From contig NC_047067.1 in NCBI RefSeq assembly GCF_902459465.1, positions 1,550,001-1,614,000 of the forward strand: 64,000 bases of DNA, given 5' to 3'. The translations under genes were made by a program, and so were the position numbers. The notes under the pieces are model-generated. The model saw nothing but the letters and a program-made list of their open reading frames with translations. It was not told where the DNA came from and did no database searches. The DNA is from Asterias rubens. Lineage: Eukaryota. Of the stretch, positions 25,561 through 38,956 are shown one piece after another (position 1 is the stretch's first letter; the number at the start of each line of letters is the position of its first letter).

Positions 25561-26855
25561 TTAATGAAATGTTTACCCTATTTCCATACCCTATCATTCA
25601 AACACCAACTTCATGATTTGTTGGTTCTGTTGGACCGAGGACTGCGCTAGTGAAACTGATCATGCTTTACATGGTATCAGTTACGCTACCATAATTAGAG
25701 TCAAACAGTTTTGGTGGGGTTACTATTTTTCATTTGGTTGAGTTATGTTAGAGAAAGGATCGACCCTGTAAATCACTATAGAGAGAGTATAATATTTTAA
25801 AGACCAGTATTTTTAACGCGTGTTGTGTTGTCAAAATAAAGTCCACTCCTATCTCGACATTATCCTTAGCCCGCCCTCATCGACCAATCTCTTTCAGAAA
25901 GTCCAAACCTCTATTAATTCAGGTATCAATATTTCTATCGGTCTCTCCCCTCGATTCAGTACTGTTTACTTTGTGCCAAGAAGAAAGTCAAACACCTGCT
26001 ATCAACCCATTCCGCCATTCTAACAAATATAATCTCAAGGTAATGTGAGACTTTTGAGCGCGGGGGCAGCAGACTTACCAGGTGAATTTCCTCAAACGTC
26101 TCTCATTACATTGCACGTACAACTTCCAGTCACCTAGATCATTTCAGTGACGTCAAAAAGATGATGCTACACTCGAAAAACTCCTTAGACTTGACCAAGT
26201 CGGTCTTTCGTTGAATCTATATGTCCGCTTTATTAATCCACTGCATGCACTCCACGTAAACATGGCTTTAGCCCATTACTGACTTGATTAGCACGAGACC
26301 CAACCGGCCCCAAGTCTTAAAACTCGTGGGTCATAACTGACCTGGTTCTTGGTCTTAGGGGGTCTGACCTTTCCTGGGTAATAGTGACCCAGAATCGGAT
26401 CAACATGACTCAGAAATTTGTCAAAATAACGCATAATCCGAGCTAAAATCTCACTTTGCGGGTCAGCCTGACCTAGAATGGATCAGGCTTCTTGGTAGCC
26501 GGTAGTTTTTAGTGTGTACCGGAAACAAAGATAAGACTGCATAAATATTGACTGGAGTCAGAATTGGAGATCTCATTTTAGTAAAACTTGACTTGGTAAT
26601 GCCCCGATAAATGGGACCGTAGTCGTGAGATCAGTAGTCTCGCGGGGCCAGCAGTCTCGCGAGATCGCGGGAATTGCGGGGAGAGTCGGGAACTCTATCA
26701 CCGCGACAGACAAACGACTTGTCCACAAGTCTAGGTATAGCCTTGACGAAAATATTTATAAAATTTATACCGAATTCCTTGAGTGAGTGAATGTTTCCGT
26801 TTGTGGCCACTGTGCCCAAACACTCCTCAAACTACCATAAAAGCAAACTTTCAGT

Positions 26856-27355
26856 NNNNNNNNNNNNNNNNNNNNNNNNNNNNNNNNNNNNNNNNNNNNN
26901 NNNNNNNNNNNNNNNNNNNNNNNNNNNNNNNNNNNNNNNNNNNNNNNNNNNNNNNNNNNNNNNNNNNNNNNNNNNNNNNNNNNNNNNNNNNNNNNNNNNN
27001 NNNNNNNNNNNNNNNNNNNNNNNNNNNNNNNNNNNNNNNNNNNNNNNNNNNNNNNNNNNNNNNNNNNNNNNNNNNNNNNNNNNNNNNNNNNNNNNNNNNN
27101 NNNNNNNNNNNNNNNNNNNNNNNNNNNNNNNNNNNNNNNNNNNNNNNNNNNNNNNNNNNNNNNNNNNNNNNNNNNNNNNNNNNNNNNNNNNNNNNNNNNN
27201 NNNNNNNNNNNNNNNNNNNNNNNNNNNNNNNNNNNNNNNNNNNNNNNNNNNNNNNNNNNNNNNNNNNNNNNNNNNNNNNNNNNNNNNNNNNNNNNNNNNN
27301 NNNNNNNNNNNNNNNNNNNNNNNNNNNNNNNNNNNNNNNNNNNNNNNNNNNNNNN
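26856..27355. other. Assembly gap of exactly 500 N
   Basis: Round-number N run, typical of a fixed-size scaffolding join. Confidence 0.99.
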
Positions 27356-28131
27356 CGCATTTCGGCCGGTCGGCGTGGTAGGATAGTGGATGAGCAAAAA
27401 ACTTTAGCTTTAATGAGTCATTAATTCTCTTCGACGTTATTAAAATAGCAATGCACAATTTATTCAGTAAGGAGGGTAAAGTACTTCTTAAATCCCAAGT
27501 TCGCCTCAGGCTCCATCTTAGACTCCATCTCGGTAGCAATAAAGGCTTGTTGGAGTTAGACGGCGATCCAACGGCACAGAGGGTTGCACTACAAAACGAT
27601 TAGGCAAAAATTGCACCAAACTGATTTCCATAATGATAAGTTATGTCAAAAGCATTACATTTGTTGTTAATACAATTTGTTTCGGGCCATGCAATTTTTT
27701 GTGTTATTTTGAAGTTATCACGACTCTTGGGACGGCTTGAAAGGATTTTAAGTTGGTCCTATTTGGCTTGGTAAGTGGACTAGGGCTGAAACGGACAGCA
27801 TGTCTGATTGGGAAATACATTGGAATTGGGGGTTAGGCCTATCAACAATTCCAAACAGATGACCTGCCAAAAATGTAAAATAAACCTAAAGTTTAAATTT
27901 CCGATTACCTCGATTGGCTTTTAAGTTGCTGAGAGACTTTCAGCGCCATTAGCATTCGGAAGACTACGCCCTCTTGTGATACAATATTGTACAAACAATA
28001 TCGTCTCTTGAGGGCGCCCTCTGTTATTAGTATTCCTCGTGTACACATTTCGCAATCGTAGTGTGTTTTGTCAACTTCGGCTAATGATTTTGTCCTTTTA
28101 AACATCATTTGTATACACATATCCGGCAATA

Positions 28132-28325
28132 ATGACACGTATTGCGAGGAAGCGGCACCACAAGGGTTATACCCACATCCAGAAAAAGTACAGAACGCGA
28201 CGGAAAACGAAGGATTTGGACCAGATTGACAAAGACCTACAACCGGCAGAATCGCAGAAATTATTGAATCAAGACGTCGACCACGATAAACCGGGATCTG
28301 CCCAACATTACTGCCTTCATTGCGC
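28132..28325 (+). CDS. ZNF593: ZNF593 exon 1 (copy 2)
   Basis: Same translation as 16154-16347; donor GTAAGT at 28326. Confidence 0.9.
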
Positions 28326-30017
28326 GTAAGTTGCTTCTCTTTACTACTTCGTGTACTTTGACTTGATAGCAATGTTTCCCTTTCATTCAAATCAATACCC
28401 AATAGCCTACACTTGATTAGATAACTGTTGTGTGCATCTTCTTTTTTGATGTTGAAAACTTTGCCTTCATTCAACATGGTTTTATTTATTTATTTTAAAA
28501 TATATAACATATACTATAGTCATAAATAACTGAATAAACACACAATTTGACATGGTTGTGTGTGATTGAGACAAGTTTCCAATTCAAATTATGGTATAGG
28601 ATAGGCCCCGGGCCCCTAGTAAACACTAGTGTACTTATTTTGAATGTATCAGTCACTAAAATGACTAACTAGTATTACAGTGTGTAATACACCATTAAGT
28701 AACACAAAAGAGCTAGCAGTTGGATACTTTTTTAAATGTGTATTTTTGTTGCTTCTGACTGCTTCTTTGACTTGTTTGTAATATTATTTTACACTGCTTG
28801 TTCTTGTGTTAGACTTTAATGTGACTAAATTGAAGAACTGACTGAGAATGCTGTGTCGTTGGTAGTGAAGAAGTTATCTGTGCATACATGTATATTATGG
28901 CAATTATAACAGCTATGCCTATGGACATTCTGACGTGTACAGCATACACAGATGACAACTGAGCTCTGAATTCTTCCTGTTCTGTTTCTAATAATATATT
29001 TTGATGTTTGATTGTCATTGATGATTTAGGTAGTACAGTGGTGATTGGCTTCATTATAGTCGAGGTTGTACTTCAAATTTGTATTGTATCATGTGTGAGG
29101 GCAATACCGAAAATGTTTATTGAATTGAATTGAATTGAATTGAATTGAATTACTGTATTGTTGTAATGGAGGAGTCCAATCTGGGCTAAGCTAAGGCTTC
29201 ACAAGCCTGGAAGGTGTAACATCATATTATTCACAATCACAGTCCTCATGATAACCCACGGCCTCGGCGCCGAAGCACAGCAATTGCCATTTCACCCTGT
29301 GCTTTTGCCATAATGCCCTTTGCAAAGTTCCAATTATACAACATTTCCCTCATTAAATGCCCCTGGCCTTTTCGGAGGGAAATTAATGTGCTCCTTTAAG
29401 ACTAAGGGCAAAGAACAAGTCCTGTGTTTACTCTATATTTTGATTATACATGTATTGTATTTATTTGTTTAAATATTATTGTAATAAAATATATAGTGAG
29501 CTGACAATTCTTCAGTCAGGCAGTACAAATATTGGTAGGTAGGCCTACATGTAGTTCAAATACACAAAACCACCCAAGTATGGTATTTTTACATAATTAA
29601 TGTGGGGCACTTTTTGACGAAGTTTATGACGGTCATGTTAGGTGGTAACAACCAAGAGGAAATTAGTTGTTATAAAACAATAGTTTAGTTTCATTGGGTT
29701 TAGATTTTATGTTAATTTTTTTATCACGTAGAAGTTCTTTTGAAGTATTGATCATTCCAATTTTATAAATGCCTGTTTGGGCTTCTGCAATGTACCTGAT
29801 ACTTCGTAGAGGAAATTGAAGCGATAGCCTCCATGCTTTGCCCCTGGCCATTGCCTTGGTGCCCCCTTGTAAATATTCCTTCTAGAAGTTTACACTTCCC
29901 TCATTGAGGGAAAAAACTGCCTCCTCCTTACAAGAAAAAAGCACCAGGCCTAATACTAAGTTTTCTAAAATAATATTCTTAAAGTAATAATTTCTTTTTT
30001 TTGTTTGTCTTGCACAG

Positions 30018-30080
30018 GAGATATTTCATCGACTTGAAAGCACTCAAGGATCATTTCAGATCAAAGCTACACAAAAGAAG
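30018..30080 (+). CDS. ZNF593: ZNF593 exon 2 (copy 2)
   Basis: Identical 63 nt exon; ttgcacAG acceptor and GTAATC donor. Confidence 0.9.
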
Positions 30081-30284
30081 GTAATCCAATCATATTAGGA
30101 CCAGGTCTTGCTCTCAAAATTTTTGCTAAGTAGCCCACTAGGCTATTCAACTGTGCATTGTACTTGCCCCTAGTAAGTTTCGTGAAGCTTGAAGTATTTT
30201 TCTGATTTGAAGTGATTTTTCTGATTAAGAAATTTCTGAATGAGTGGGGAAAGTAAAACAATATCTGTTTGTGTTTCGTTACAG

Positions 30285-30450
30285 AATGAAAGCTCTTGAA
30301 GTTGAACCATACACACAGAAAGAGGCTGATGCAGCGGGAGGCTTGGGAACGTATCACCCTCCAAAACGAAGAAAAATCACCACCCAGGAGATAGTGGAAG
30401 ATGCCAAAATGGATCAGTCAGAAGTATCGGAAGTCAAGCAGGACAAGTAG
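30285..30450 (+). CDS. ZNF593: ZNF593 exon 3 (copy 2)
   Basis: Same translation as copy 1; AATAAA at 30686. Confidence 0.9.
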
Positions 30451-31587
30451 ATAGGGACATTCTATTCTGGGATGAGGGGTGAAGCTTGACAGGTCATGGA
30501 AGGTCATCAGCAAGAAAGAAGGGAAAGGGAAAATGAGCAGTCAAATATTCTTGTAAGTCTTCCTTACACACAATAACAAACTGAGATCACATCAAGGACA
30601 TATAGTTGAAAAAAGATTGTATGTATTATATCAGCTTCAAGCGATCCTGTGGTATCATGGCACTTTATGTGCTTTCACTTTCAAAAATAAATGTGAATTT
30701 TCCAACGATTTTTGGCTGACCAATCTTTAAAAATAGACTAGTTCCCAACCGGAGAATTCCCAGCTGTCTATAAATTGCTCGGTTTTGTCGAAAGTATGAT
30801 CAAGGAACCAGACTACTAGAACAGCATGTTCTTCTCTCTGCGGTATTTTTACCGGCACACTTTAAAATAGTGACCCAACTCCATTTGTTTGTAAATAACA
30901 GCAAAAGCAAGCCATGTATATACTACCTTTCATATACTTGATTGATTTAGTCAATAAAATCACATGTACAGTTAACCCATATTGATGTTCATTGAGAGGA
31001 CTGAGCTAGTCTAGGCTATTATCAATCCCTGAGGTACAAACCAAATACACTGGGAGTTGTCACTGGGAAATCACTATAATGTCGGTTATTTTAATTATTT
31101 ACACTTCACTGAGCCAATTAAATCTCACGATGGCCATTGTCTGAAAAGTTTATAGCCTATAAGCGCCATCTTAAAAATAAACTGAAATGCGTCTTGGAAC
31201 CGAGTACAGCAAAAACACAAACATCAAGCTGTCAAGATGGACGCCATTGTTTCAAAATCAGCGCGCCTAACGGTTCCGGTTTTGCGTGGACTCGGGTTTC
31301 ATGCATATGGGCTATTGGCTGATGAGAAAAAGAGTTGATATAAATTTGCTGCTTGATCACAAGATCTTCAGACACTAAATTAGAAATAAAATTATATAAA
31401 ATATATCTTTCTGAATGTGTGTTTATTGTCTCTATCGATAAAGTCATTGAGAAAATGTATAAATAACCCGATTCTGTGTTTGCAGTTCACACCCTGAATA
31501 GATTTCTGACGATAAGACGGATCAACGACCTTGTCAATTTTATTTACAATTTCTCCAAAACAAAAATGTTGAACAGTTTTTGCATCA

Positions 31588-32685
31588 CTACTCGAATGGG
31601 GTCACCATCTGCAATCTAGACGGCCCATACTCGGAGTTGGGCGGCACCGATAATCCCTCATCGAAATAATCATATTTTGGGGTGTGCGAGAAACCCCAAA
31701 CCGGCGGTAAGTCTCGAGTTTGTCTTTCAGACACCCGCCCCTCTATCGTCATCTTATTTGACGAGATGACGGACTCCAGGCTTTCTTCTCCCGCGGATGT
31801 CCCCGTTGATGTTGAAGGGACTCGGAGGGGCTCCATCCGGGGTCTTGAGTTCCTCCTGACGTAATGATCGAGCTGGACCGAGCCGTTGATCTTGTCCGTG
31901 TACGACAACTTTGACTCTTTGTACAGTTGTGTCGGACATGCCCCTCCTCGGTCGACACGTCGAACTTTCGGAAACATGCTCGGAATCAAGCTATCGTTCC
32001 GCGGTATAACATTACCCGGGGGGAAATAGTGGGTGCCTCCCCTCTGCATTGACGTCACATTGTCTTTCTTCCTTCTGGTCGACTGTCGCTTTATATGATT
32101 GTCCTTTTTTTCTGCCGTGACGTCATAGCGTTTCTTACGATCGACAAGAGTTGCGTTCGTTGTGTATATTGTTCTCGAGCGTTCGAAGTCCTTGATGCTC
32201 GTCTCTTGCACCAGTGGGATTCGTGTCGACAACTCAGTCGACAAGGCCGCGATGTCGTCCTCTGGTCTGATATTTGACTTCATTAGAACATTCCCCCTGC
32301 TGGTGTGAAAGACTGGTCGGTTCATTGTTCTTTTGCTATCCACGGTGTCGAAGTTCGAGTGGGTGCTGTCGGTATGGGTGTGGTCATGAGGTCTCGGGGT
32401 GTGGTCAGTTTTTAGTGAGCTTTGGTAAGGTTGCAGCACCGTGTGGTCGGGTTGTAACGACTTGTAGTCGGGCTGTAGTGAAATGAAGTTTGTTCTCAGC
32501 CGTGTGGTGTGCCTTCGTTGTACAGCGTGGTGGTCGTCGTAATACAGTGAGGTAGGCTGGGGTTCTGTGTGCTCGGGCTGTAGCGAAGTGTGGTTACGTG
32601 GGGTGTGGTTTTGCTCTTTGAAAGGTAGGGCCGATTTCTGGGACGAGATGGTAAGGATAGGTGGGAGGGGATCCGCCTTCAGCAT
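31588..32685 (-). CDS. Uncharacterised 365-aa protein (copy 2)
   Basis: Same ORF as 19591-20688 with 5 amino-acid differences (P56Q, S86P, and L>M, E>D, P>H further C-terminal). Confidence 0.72.
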   Translation of the reverse strand: MLKADPLPPILTISSQKSALPFKEQNHTPRNHTSLQPEHTEPQPTSLYYDDHHAVQRRHTTRLRTNFISLQPDYKSLQPDHTVLQPYQSSLKTDHTPRPHDHTHTDSTHSNFDTVDSKRTMNRPVFHTSRGNVLMKSNIRPEDDIAALSTELSTRIPLVQETSIKDFERSRTIYTTNATLVDRKKRYDVTAEKKDNHIKRQSTRRKKDNVTSMQRGGTHYFPPGNVIPRNDSLIPSMFPKVRRVDRGGACPTQLYKESKLSYTDKINGSVQLDHYVRRNSRPRMEPLRVPSTSTGTSAGEESLESVISSNKMTIEGRVSERQTRDLPPVWGFSHTPKYDYFDEGLSVPPNSEYGPSRLQMVTPFE

Positions 32686-35600
32686 CGTGTCATGTTAGTC
32701 TCATCCTCAAGTCTGATCTATAACTGTCTCTGTAGCATCTGTGGATTCAGTAGAAGAAAAACCCTGTTAGTATAGGGCCTACATGGTAACTGACTATTGT
32801 TTGACGTTGAAGGGTTTTTCTCCTTCTAAATCTTCAGACAAGAAAACATCTTGACCAGGAGTAGTCCAAGGAAGTACACAAGTTTAACAACTGTCACCAA
32901 ACCGAATGTGGATTTCTATGGCGTTGGTCATGGAACTTGTTTGCGTCCTCATGAAAAAAAAACCGCAAAGAAACGTCATGCTATAGATTTTTAATTTGTC
33001 AAGCTACTTTTAATGGCTGTCGAATACCGAATAGAATGAGCTCCTATCGGTTACAACGAAACTGCCGACAAAAATGTCTGGAGTGTTGACTGTTCCCTAT
33101 CTTAAAACAAAGTTTTCGAAACGAACACCAGGGGCAGGCGAATCTTCAAACCGAAATGTCAAAAGCTTAATAAGAAGTGTTGCTTTATTTGCCAGTGGGA
33201 AATGTAAACACAAATGCCGTAAGAATCGGAGTATTTTGACTTTGATCTCTTCAATTTAAGACTAAACCGAAGCAAAGTCTTGCTGCACTTTACTTTCAGA
33301 GCTATCAACTCACATAATTAACCTTTTTGAGATGGGAGCACGCCGTTTGTGGCTAGGTGTGTAGTGAATACAAACACTGATCCAGGCAAAATGCAACAAT
33401 ATATACAATGTTTTCATCAAATCTAAAATATCTTCAGTACTTGTACTCACCAGAAAGTTTGCTATCAAGGGGAAAATGCCTCTGCCAAGTTACTCCCGAG
33501 ATAACTGGAGACTTTCTGACCATTTAGGTTTTAGAAGACGCTATTAATAGCGGCAACAAACAACTGCATTGCTTTTAAAGTGTTCTTAACCTATTAAGAC
33601 TGTCTGGTACCTCAGTGAATGACTTTGTTGTTGCGATCCATTGATGTAAATTGTCTTCTTCAGAACTGTTCTTTTACCGACTGGGACAGTCTTCGTACAA
33701 GACCCCCACCGTGTGCATTCTCGACATGCCTCATGATTTCAGTTGAATGTTTCCGATTGCAGAAGTCAATATGACAGCTTGGACGGGTTATTTGCTATTT
33801 TTGTGGTTTGTTTGCTGTAACTCTACCGTAATACACGGTGCGTACTGAGTGTGTTTGCCTGAAGACAATGGGGAGATGGTGGGGCTCTCGAGTTGCTTTT
33901 GACACCTGTGATCCAATAATTTGTGAGATTTTAAGAATTTTTGTTATTTTGGTCGAGGCCTGGGGCAATACTCAGAAGTGGCTTTCGAAGGCAGATCGGT
34001 ATGCCGGCTATCGATCGAAACGTCGAGATATTGCACTATCCTAAACCGTTCTTCAGAGATAGTGTTAATTGTTCTACCATAAACTCTTCTCTATGACAAG
34101 TAATCCACAACTGTGTACTTTTATATGAAACGTTTATCATGTCTATATCCGGTAATTCAAAATAATAATAAATGTTTATCTCTGGATTTTTTTTTATTTT
34201 TAGAGTTTTTTGTAGGTTCAGTATTACACTTTTTGTTGAAGTCAATAGGCGTACTATGAACCCATCATAAATGATGTTGTTTGGTGTTTCCAATGACAAC
34301 CCGCTCGTTAAGCTCATCTATTTGTAAATGACGCTTTTATCTAGGTCTAGATTATCCAGAATACAACTGGGGGAAATAATAATAGAAACCAATTACTCCA
34401 TTTGTCTCGTCTTTCTGTTATGATCTACTTGTTCTAAAGTTTGAACTATACTTGACTACTGTCAACGTTACACGGCCCGAAGTACCCAAGTGTATTGTCG
34501 ACGACAGAATTTCAACATAATACATTTTTTGGTGGGAAATATTCCAAGGTAATATTAATCATTACCCACTAAGTACATTTCCTTAATTTCTCACTAAGGT
34601 GGAAATGGTTGCTCTAATGGCGGAATGGAATATTAATGAGGCTCGTATAGCACAGCTGTTGTTGCCTTGTTTGCGTGTTTTTTTCTACTTCTGTTGTTAA
34701 ATTAAAGCTCAATCTGGGCACAAACAAAATGTAACGCTATAAGGGCAGAACCAAATATATTGTTATGCCCCATGCATCCTGGACAATATTTGGCAATGAA
34801 GTAAAGAATTTGTAAATAATTATTACTATGAATTTCATTTTGCAACGTTTAATATGTGCTATGTATTTTGCAGAGCACTCGTACTCTCAGACAAGAGTCA
34901 GAAAACTTCACTTTCGGAAGGCAATTGTTTGCCCAAAACTAAGAGGAGAATGTCGAAATTACTTTGGTCTGTTTAGGGGTGTCAGGTAACTTGCTACCTT
35001 TACCACTTCGTACCCTGGACACTTCCTATGTTTTGCAAGGTACAAAGTGACTTTGAACATTTGATGGTACCAATGAGAACTTATTTATCCATGATGAGAT
35101 ACGAAGTGACTCGGTTGACGGCACGAACCTGAGGGTACGAAGTATCCAGGATACGAAATGGTTAAGGTACACTATAGTGTCCGACATCTGTTTCGGATGC
35201 AGTACTCACCTTCAAACGGTAGTTTCATGGCTGGGTTTGAAGAGTCATCGTAAACCGCTACTGGTGTTTTCATCAGTGGGTTGAACAAGCACTCGAGTTG
35301 TTTTGACCACTTCAAAGGGTGTGCTTCTGAGTTAGAAAACCGTTAATGGTTACCGGGAATCAAGAAAGAAACCCATAATTTCCAAGCTGTTTCAAGTGAT
35401 CTACCAATGTGGAGGGATGTTGATTTCGTCTGCTACAACCGTGGTACAGCCATGGAGGTAGTTTGTACATCCATTACAACTTACAAGTGGAAAATTCAGT
35501 TTTCCATGAATTCTGTTTGTAGGCAATCTCGATAAAGGGCTAGCTGTAAGTCCATGAATACGGATCATTAGAGTTAACTCTTTCTGCATTAAACGGAGGT

Positions 35601-38600
35601 ATAATAGCAGATAACAATTATCGACTTACTATAAGATACAGGACAGTAGATTAGTCTAATCCGTGTCCTTATATGATAGTATCAGTCAATCGGCTGTAGC
35701 AACATGGAGTACTCGGCTGGTTATTAGGCGAAATAAATCTCGATATCTATTATACACGTTATCCTTTTACAACACAAACACTATGCAAATAGCTACGTCA
35801 AAAAGTTGACTTGGGTTATTTTGGACCGAGAGCAACGACTGTTGCATGTCGCGAGATGAGATGAGCTAGCCTGAGAAGTCCGAATTGGCATGCGGATGTG
35901 GCTACAGCTTACAGTCATGTCATTGTAGCCGTCTTCCCCGTCGCAGCATTTGTTCGTCGAGTGTTTAAATATCATTCGAATCCCAGTCGTGACAGTGTGT
36001 CCTTAGGCAAGACACTTAACCAAATTGCTTCGTCCTTCGGATGGGACGTTGGTCCCGTGTGTTGTGTAACGCACGTAAAATAACCCAGTGTAATAATACT
36101 TATCAAAAAGCCCCAGTGTTCCTGATTTGATTAGCTGCATATTGCGCAACATCACCTTGTAAACCATTACATGGTGCTATGCAAAGGAAGCAACATAATT
36201 CAAACGTAGTCCCACATCCTTGCAGGGAAATACTGAATGTTGAGCGTCACTTGGTGACGGATATGCGCGCCATACTTAAGAACACGCTATTATTATTTAT
36301 CATAAAACAGCCGTTTACGAGCCAGATTGGAATCGCAACCTCACTAGCCCGCTGGCGCGCCAAATGCGAACAGCAAACTGTCTCCCCTGGTTACGCCTCA
36401 ATCTCAACAACCCATTGTGCAATGTTGAATGCAAATGGCGGCTAGTATTGCACATGATATCGTCGACGATGTATCATGTATTTGTTGACTAAAGCACTCC
36501 GGGATGGTACTAACAACATACGACTGTTGGGTACACCTGTGTATGATGACAAGTGATTATTTTAATTACACAATTTCCAAGTTGTTGAATGGAACTGAGA
36601 TCGAGACAGGATGGGAGCCTTTTATGCCAATTGCGTAATTTGCGGTTGTAGCATTGGCACGCGACCGAGTAGCTTGACTTCTTTATTTGGGTGTGATAAT
36701 TAACAGTACACCTTAAGGGGGGTTTGATACCCTTTGTTGATCAAGTTTTGGCCATGACGTGGATCCCCACTCACTGTGAATGAAGATATATGCCTATGTA
36801 ATAACACTTACCTAGGCCTATAGTAGTTTCAGCTTCGTCATTCGTTACTGAGTTTTTGGTTAAAACAATTGAAACTACAGAGCAATGTATTCATCATGAA
36901 AGTCGCGTAAATCCCTTGTACATGCTAAAGTAATTTTCGTCTTACTGAGACCAAAAAAGAAATTGTTTTGTTTTTTAATACTATTTCTTCAAAAACTACA
37001 TCACCTCACTAAGTAATTTAAGGGGAGATTTCTTCCATCTAAATGTAAGCTTAAAAGTCGATGACCCGATTTTTGCAAAAACATTTCTCTGAACGGATTT
37101 TAAAGGTAGGGTCATAAATTGGCTTTTGTCCACTTAATGCTGATTTACATACACAAATATAAACAAGAAACAATACAAGTCTCATTTGAAAGCAGCAACA
37201 CATGTCATGATGTTTTCACAAGAACGTCGAATCCATCCAGATTTAGTAAAAGTACATTGCATTTCTGGTCGCAGAATTTGTGAACGGATGAATCGTTTCT
37301 CAGATTCAAATTTTAGGGGTGACGTCTAAACCATATATTACTTCAAATGGAAACAAAATTCTCAACAAGACTCAACTGCTACACTGCTTCTCTCTCTGTC
37401 TCTCACAAGTAAATTTTTATGGTACTACGAATTTTGGCAAACAAATGAACCATAACTATACAACAATTCGTATTAGTTTTAATCACAAATAATTGGCGTT
37501 CTTGATGGTGCAATGACTTCTAGTTTTTGTTGAAATCAAGAAAACGTCAGTAAAGTATAGCACCTTTAATGAAATGTTTACCCTATTTCCATACCCTATC
37601 ATTCAAACACCAACTTCATGATTTGTTGGTTCTGTTGGACCGAGGACTGCGCTAGTGAAACTGATCATGCTTTACATGGTATCAGTTACGCTACCATAAT
37701 TAGAGTCAAACAGTTTTGGTGTTGGGTTACTATATTTTTCATTTGGTTGAGTTATGTTAGAGAAAGGATCGACCCCTGTAAATCACTATAGAGAGAGTAT
37801 AATATTTTAAAGACCAGTATTTTTAACGCGTGTTGTGTTGTCAAAATAAAGTCCACTCCTATCTCGACATTATCCTTAGCCCGCCCTCATCGACCAATCT
37901 CTTTCAGAAAGTCCAAACCTCTATTAATTCAGGTATCAATATTTCTATCGGTCTCTCCCCTCGATTCAGTACTGTTTACTTTGTGCCAAGAAGAAAGTCA
38001 AACACCTGCTATCAACCCATTCCGCCATTCTAACAAATATAATCTCAAGGTAATGTGAGACTTTTGAGCGCTAGGGGGCAGCAGACTTACCAGGTGAATT
38101 TCCTCAAACGTCTCTCATTACATTGCACGTACAACTTCCAGTCACCTAGATCATTTCAGTGACGTCAAAAAGATGATGCTACACTCGAAAAACTCCTTAG
38201 ACTTGACCAAGTCGGTCTTTCGTTGAATCTATATGTCCGCTTTATTAATCCACTGCATGCACTCCACGTAAACATGGCTTTAGCCCATTACTGACTTGAT
38301 TAGCACGAGACCCAACCGGCCCCAAGTCTTAAAACTCGTGGGTCATAACTGACCTGGTTCTTGGTCTTAGGGGGTCTGACCTTTCCTGGGTAATAGTGAC
38401 CCAGAATCGGATCAACATGACTCAGAAATTTGTCAAAATAACGCATAATCCGAGCTAAAATCTCACTTTGCGGGTCAGCCTGACCTAGAATGGATCAGGC
38501 TTCTTGGTAGCCGGTAGTTTTTAGTGTGTACCGGAAACAAAGATAAGACTGCATAAATATTGACTGGAGTCAGAATTGGAGATCTCATTTTAGTAAAACT

Positions 38601-38666
38601 TGACTTGGTAATGCCCCGATAAATGGGACCGTAGTCGTGAGATCAGTAGTCTCGCGGGGCCAGCAG

Positions 38667-38676
38667 TCTCGCGAGA
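38667..38676. promoter_or_regulatory. TCTCGCGAGA (CGCG promoter element) in a CpG-rich patch; copy 1 at 26655-26664
   Basis: Exact palindrome with a second near-copy (tctcgcgggg) 17 nt upstream. Confidence 0.45.
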
Positions 38677-38903
38677 TCGCGGGAATTGCGGGGAGAGTCG
38701 GGAACTCTATCACCGCGACAGACAAACGACTTGTCCACAAGTCTAGGTATAGCCTTGACGAAAATATTTATAAAATTTATACCGAATTCCTTGAGTGAGT
38801 GAATGTTTCCGTTTGTGGCCACTGTGCCCAAACACTCCTCAAACTACCATAAAAGCAAAACTTTCAGTTTTGTAAAATCTTGTTGTTTGTATAGAAATAA
38901 ATG

Positions 38904-38956
38904 TTGATTTGATTTGATTTGAGTTGAGTTGATTTGATTTGATTTGATTTGATTTG
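38904..38956 (+). repeat. (GATTT)n microsatellite preceded by AATAAA, possibly a retroelement 3' tail
   Basis: AATAAA at 38896-38901, then ~10 GA(T/G)TT units. Confidence 0.75.

Larger units (their letters stand above)
15377..26855 (+). repeat. Copy 1 of an ~11.5 kb direct duplication
   Basis: Runs from cgcatttcggccgg (15377) to gcaaactttcagt (26855, gap edge); collinear and near-identical with 27356-38868. Confidence 0.97.
27356..38868 (+). repeat. Copy 2 of the ~11.5 kb direct duplication
   Basis: Starts at the first base after the gap with the sequence found at 15377; differs from copy 1 by SNPs and small indels. Confidence 0.97.

Noticed and set aside
26765-27539. Five 'ORFs' of 169-235 aa in the track
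   Set aside because: They are mostly X from the 500-N gap; artefacts.
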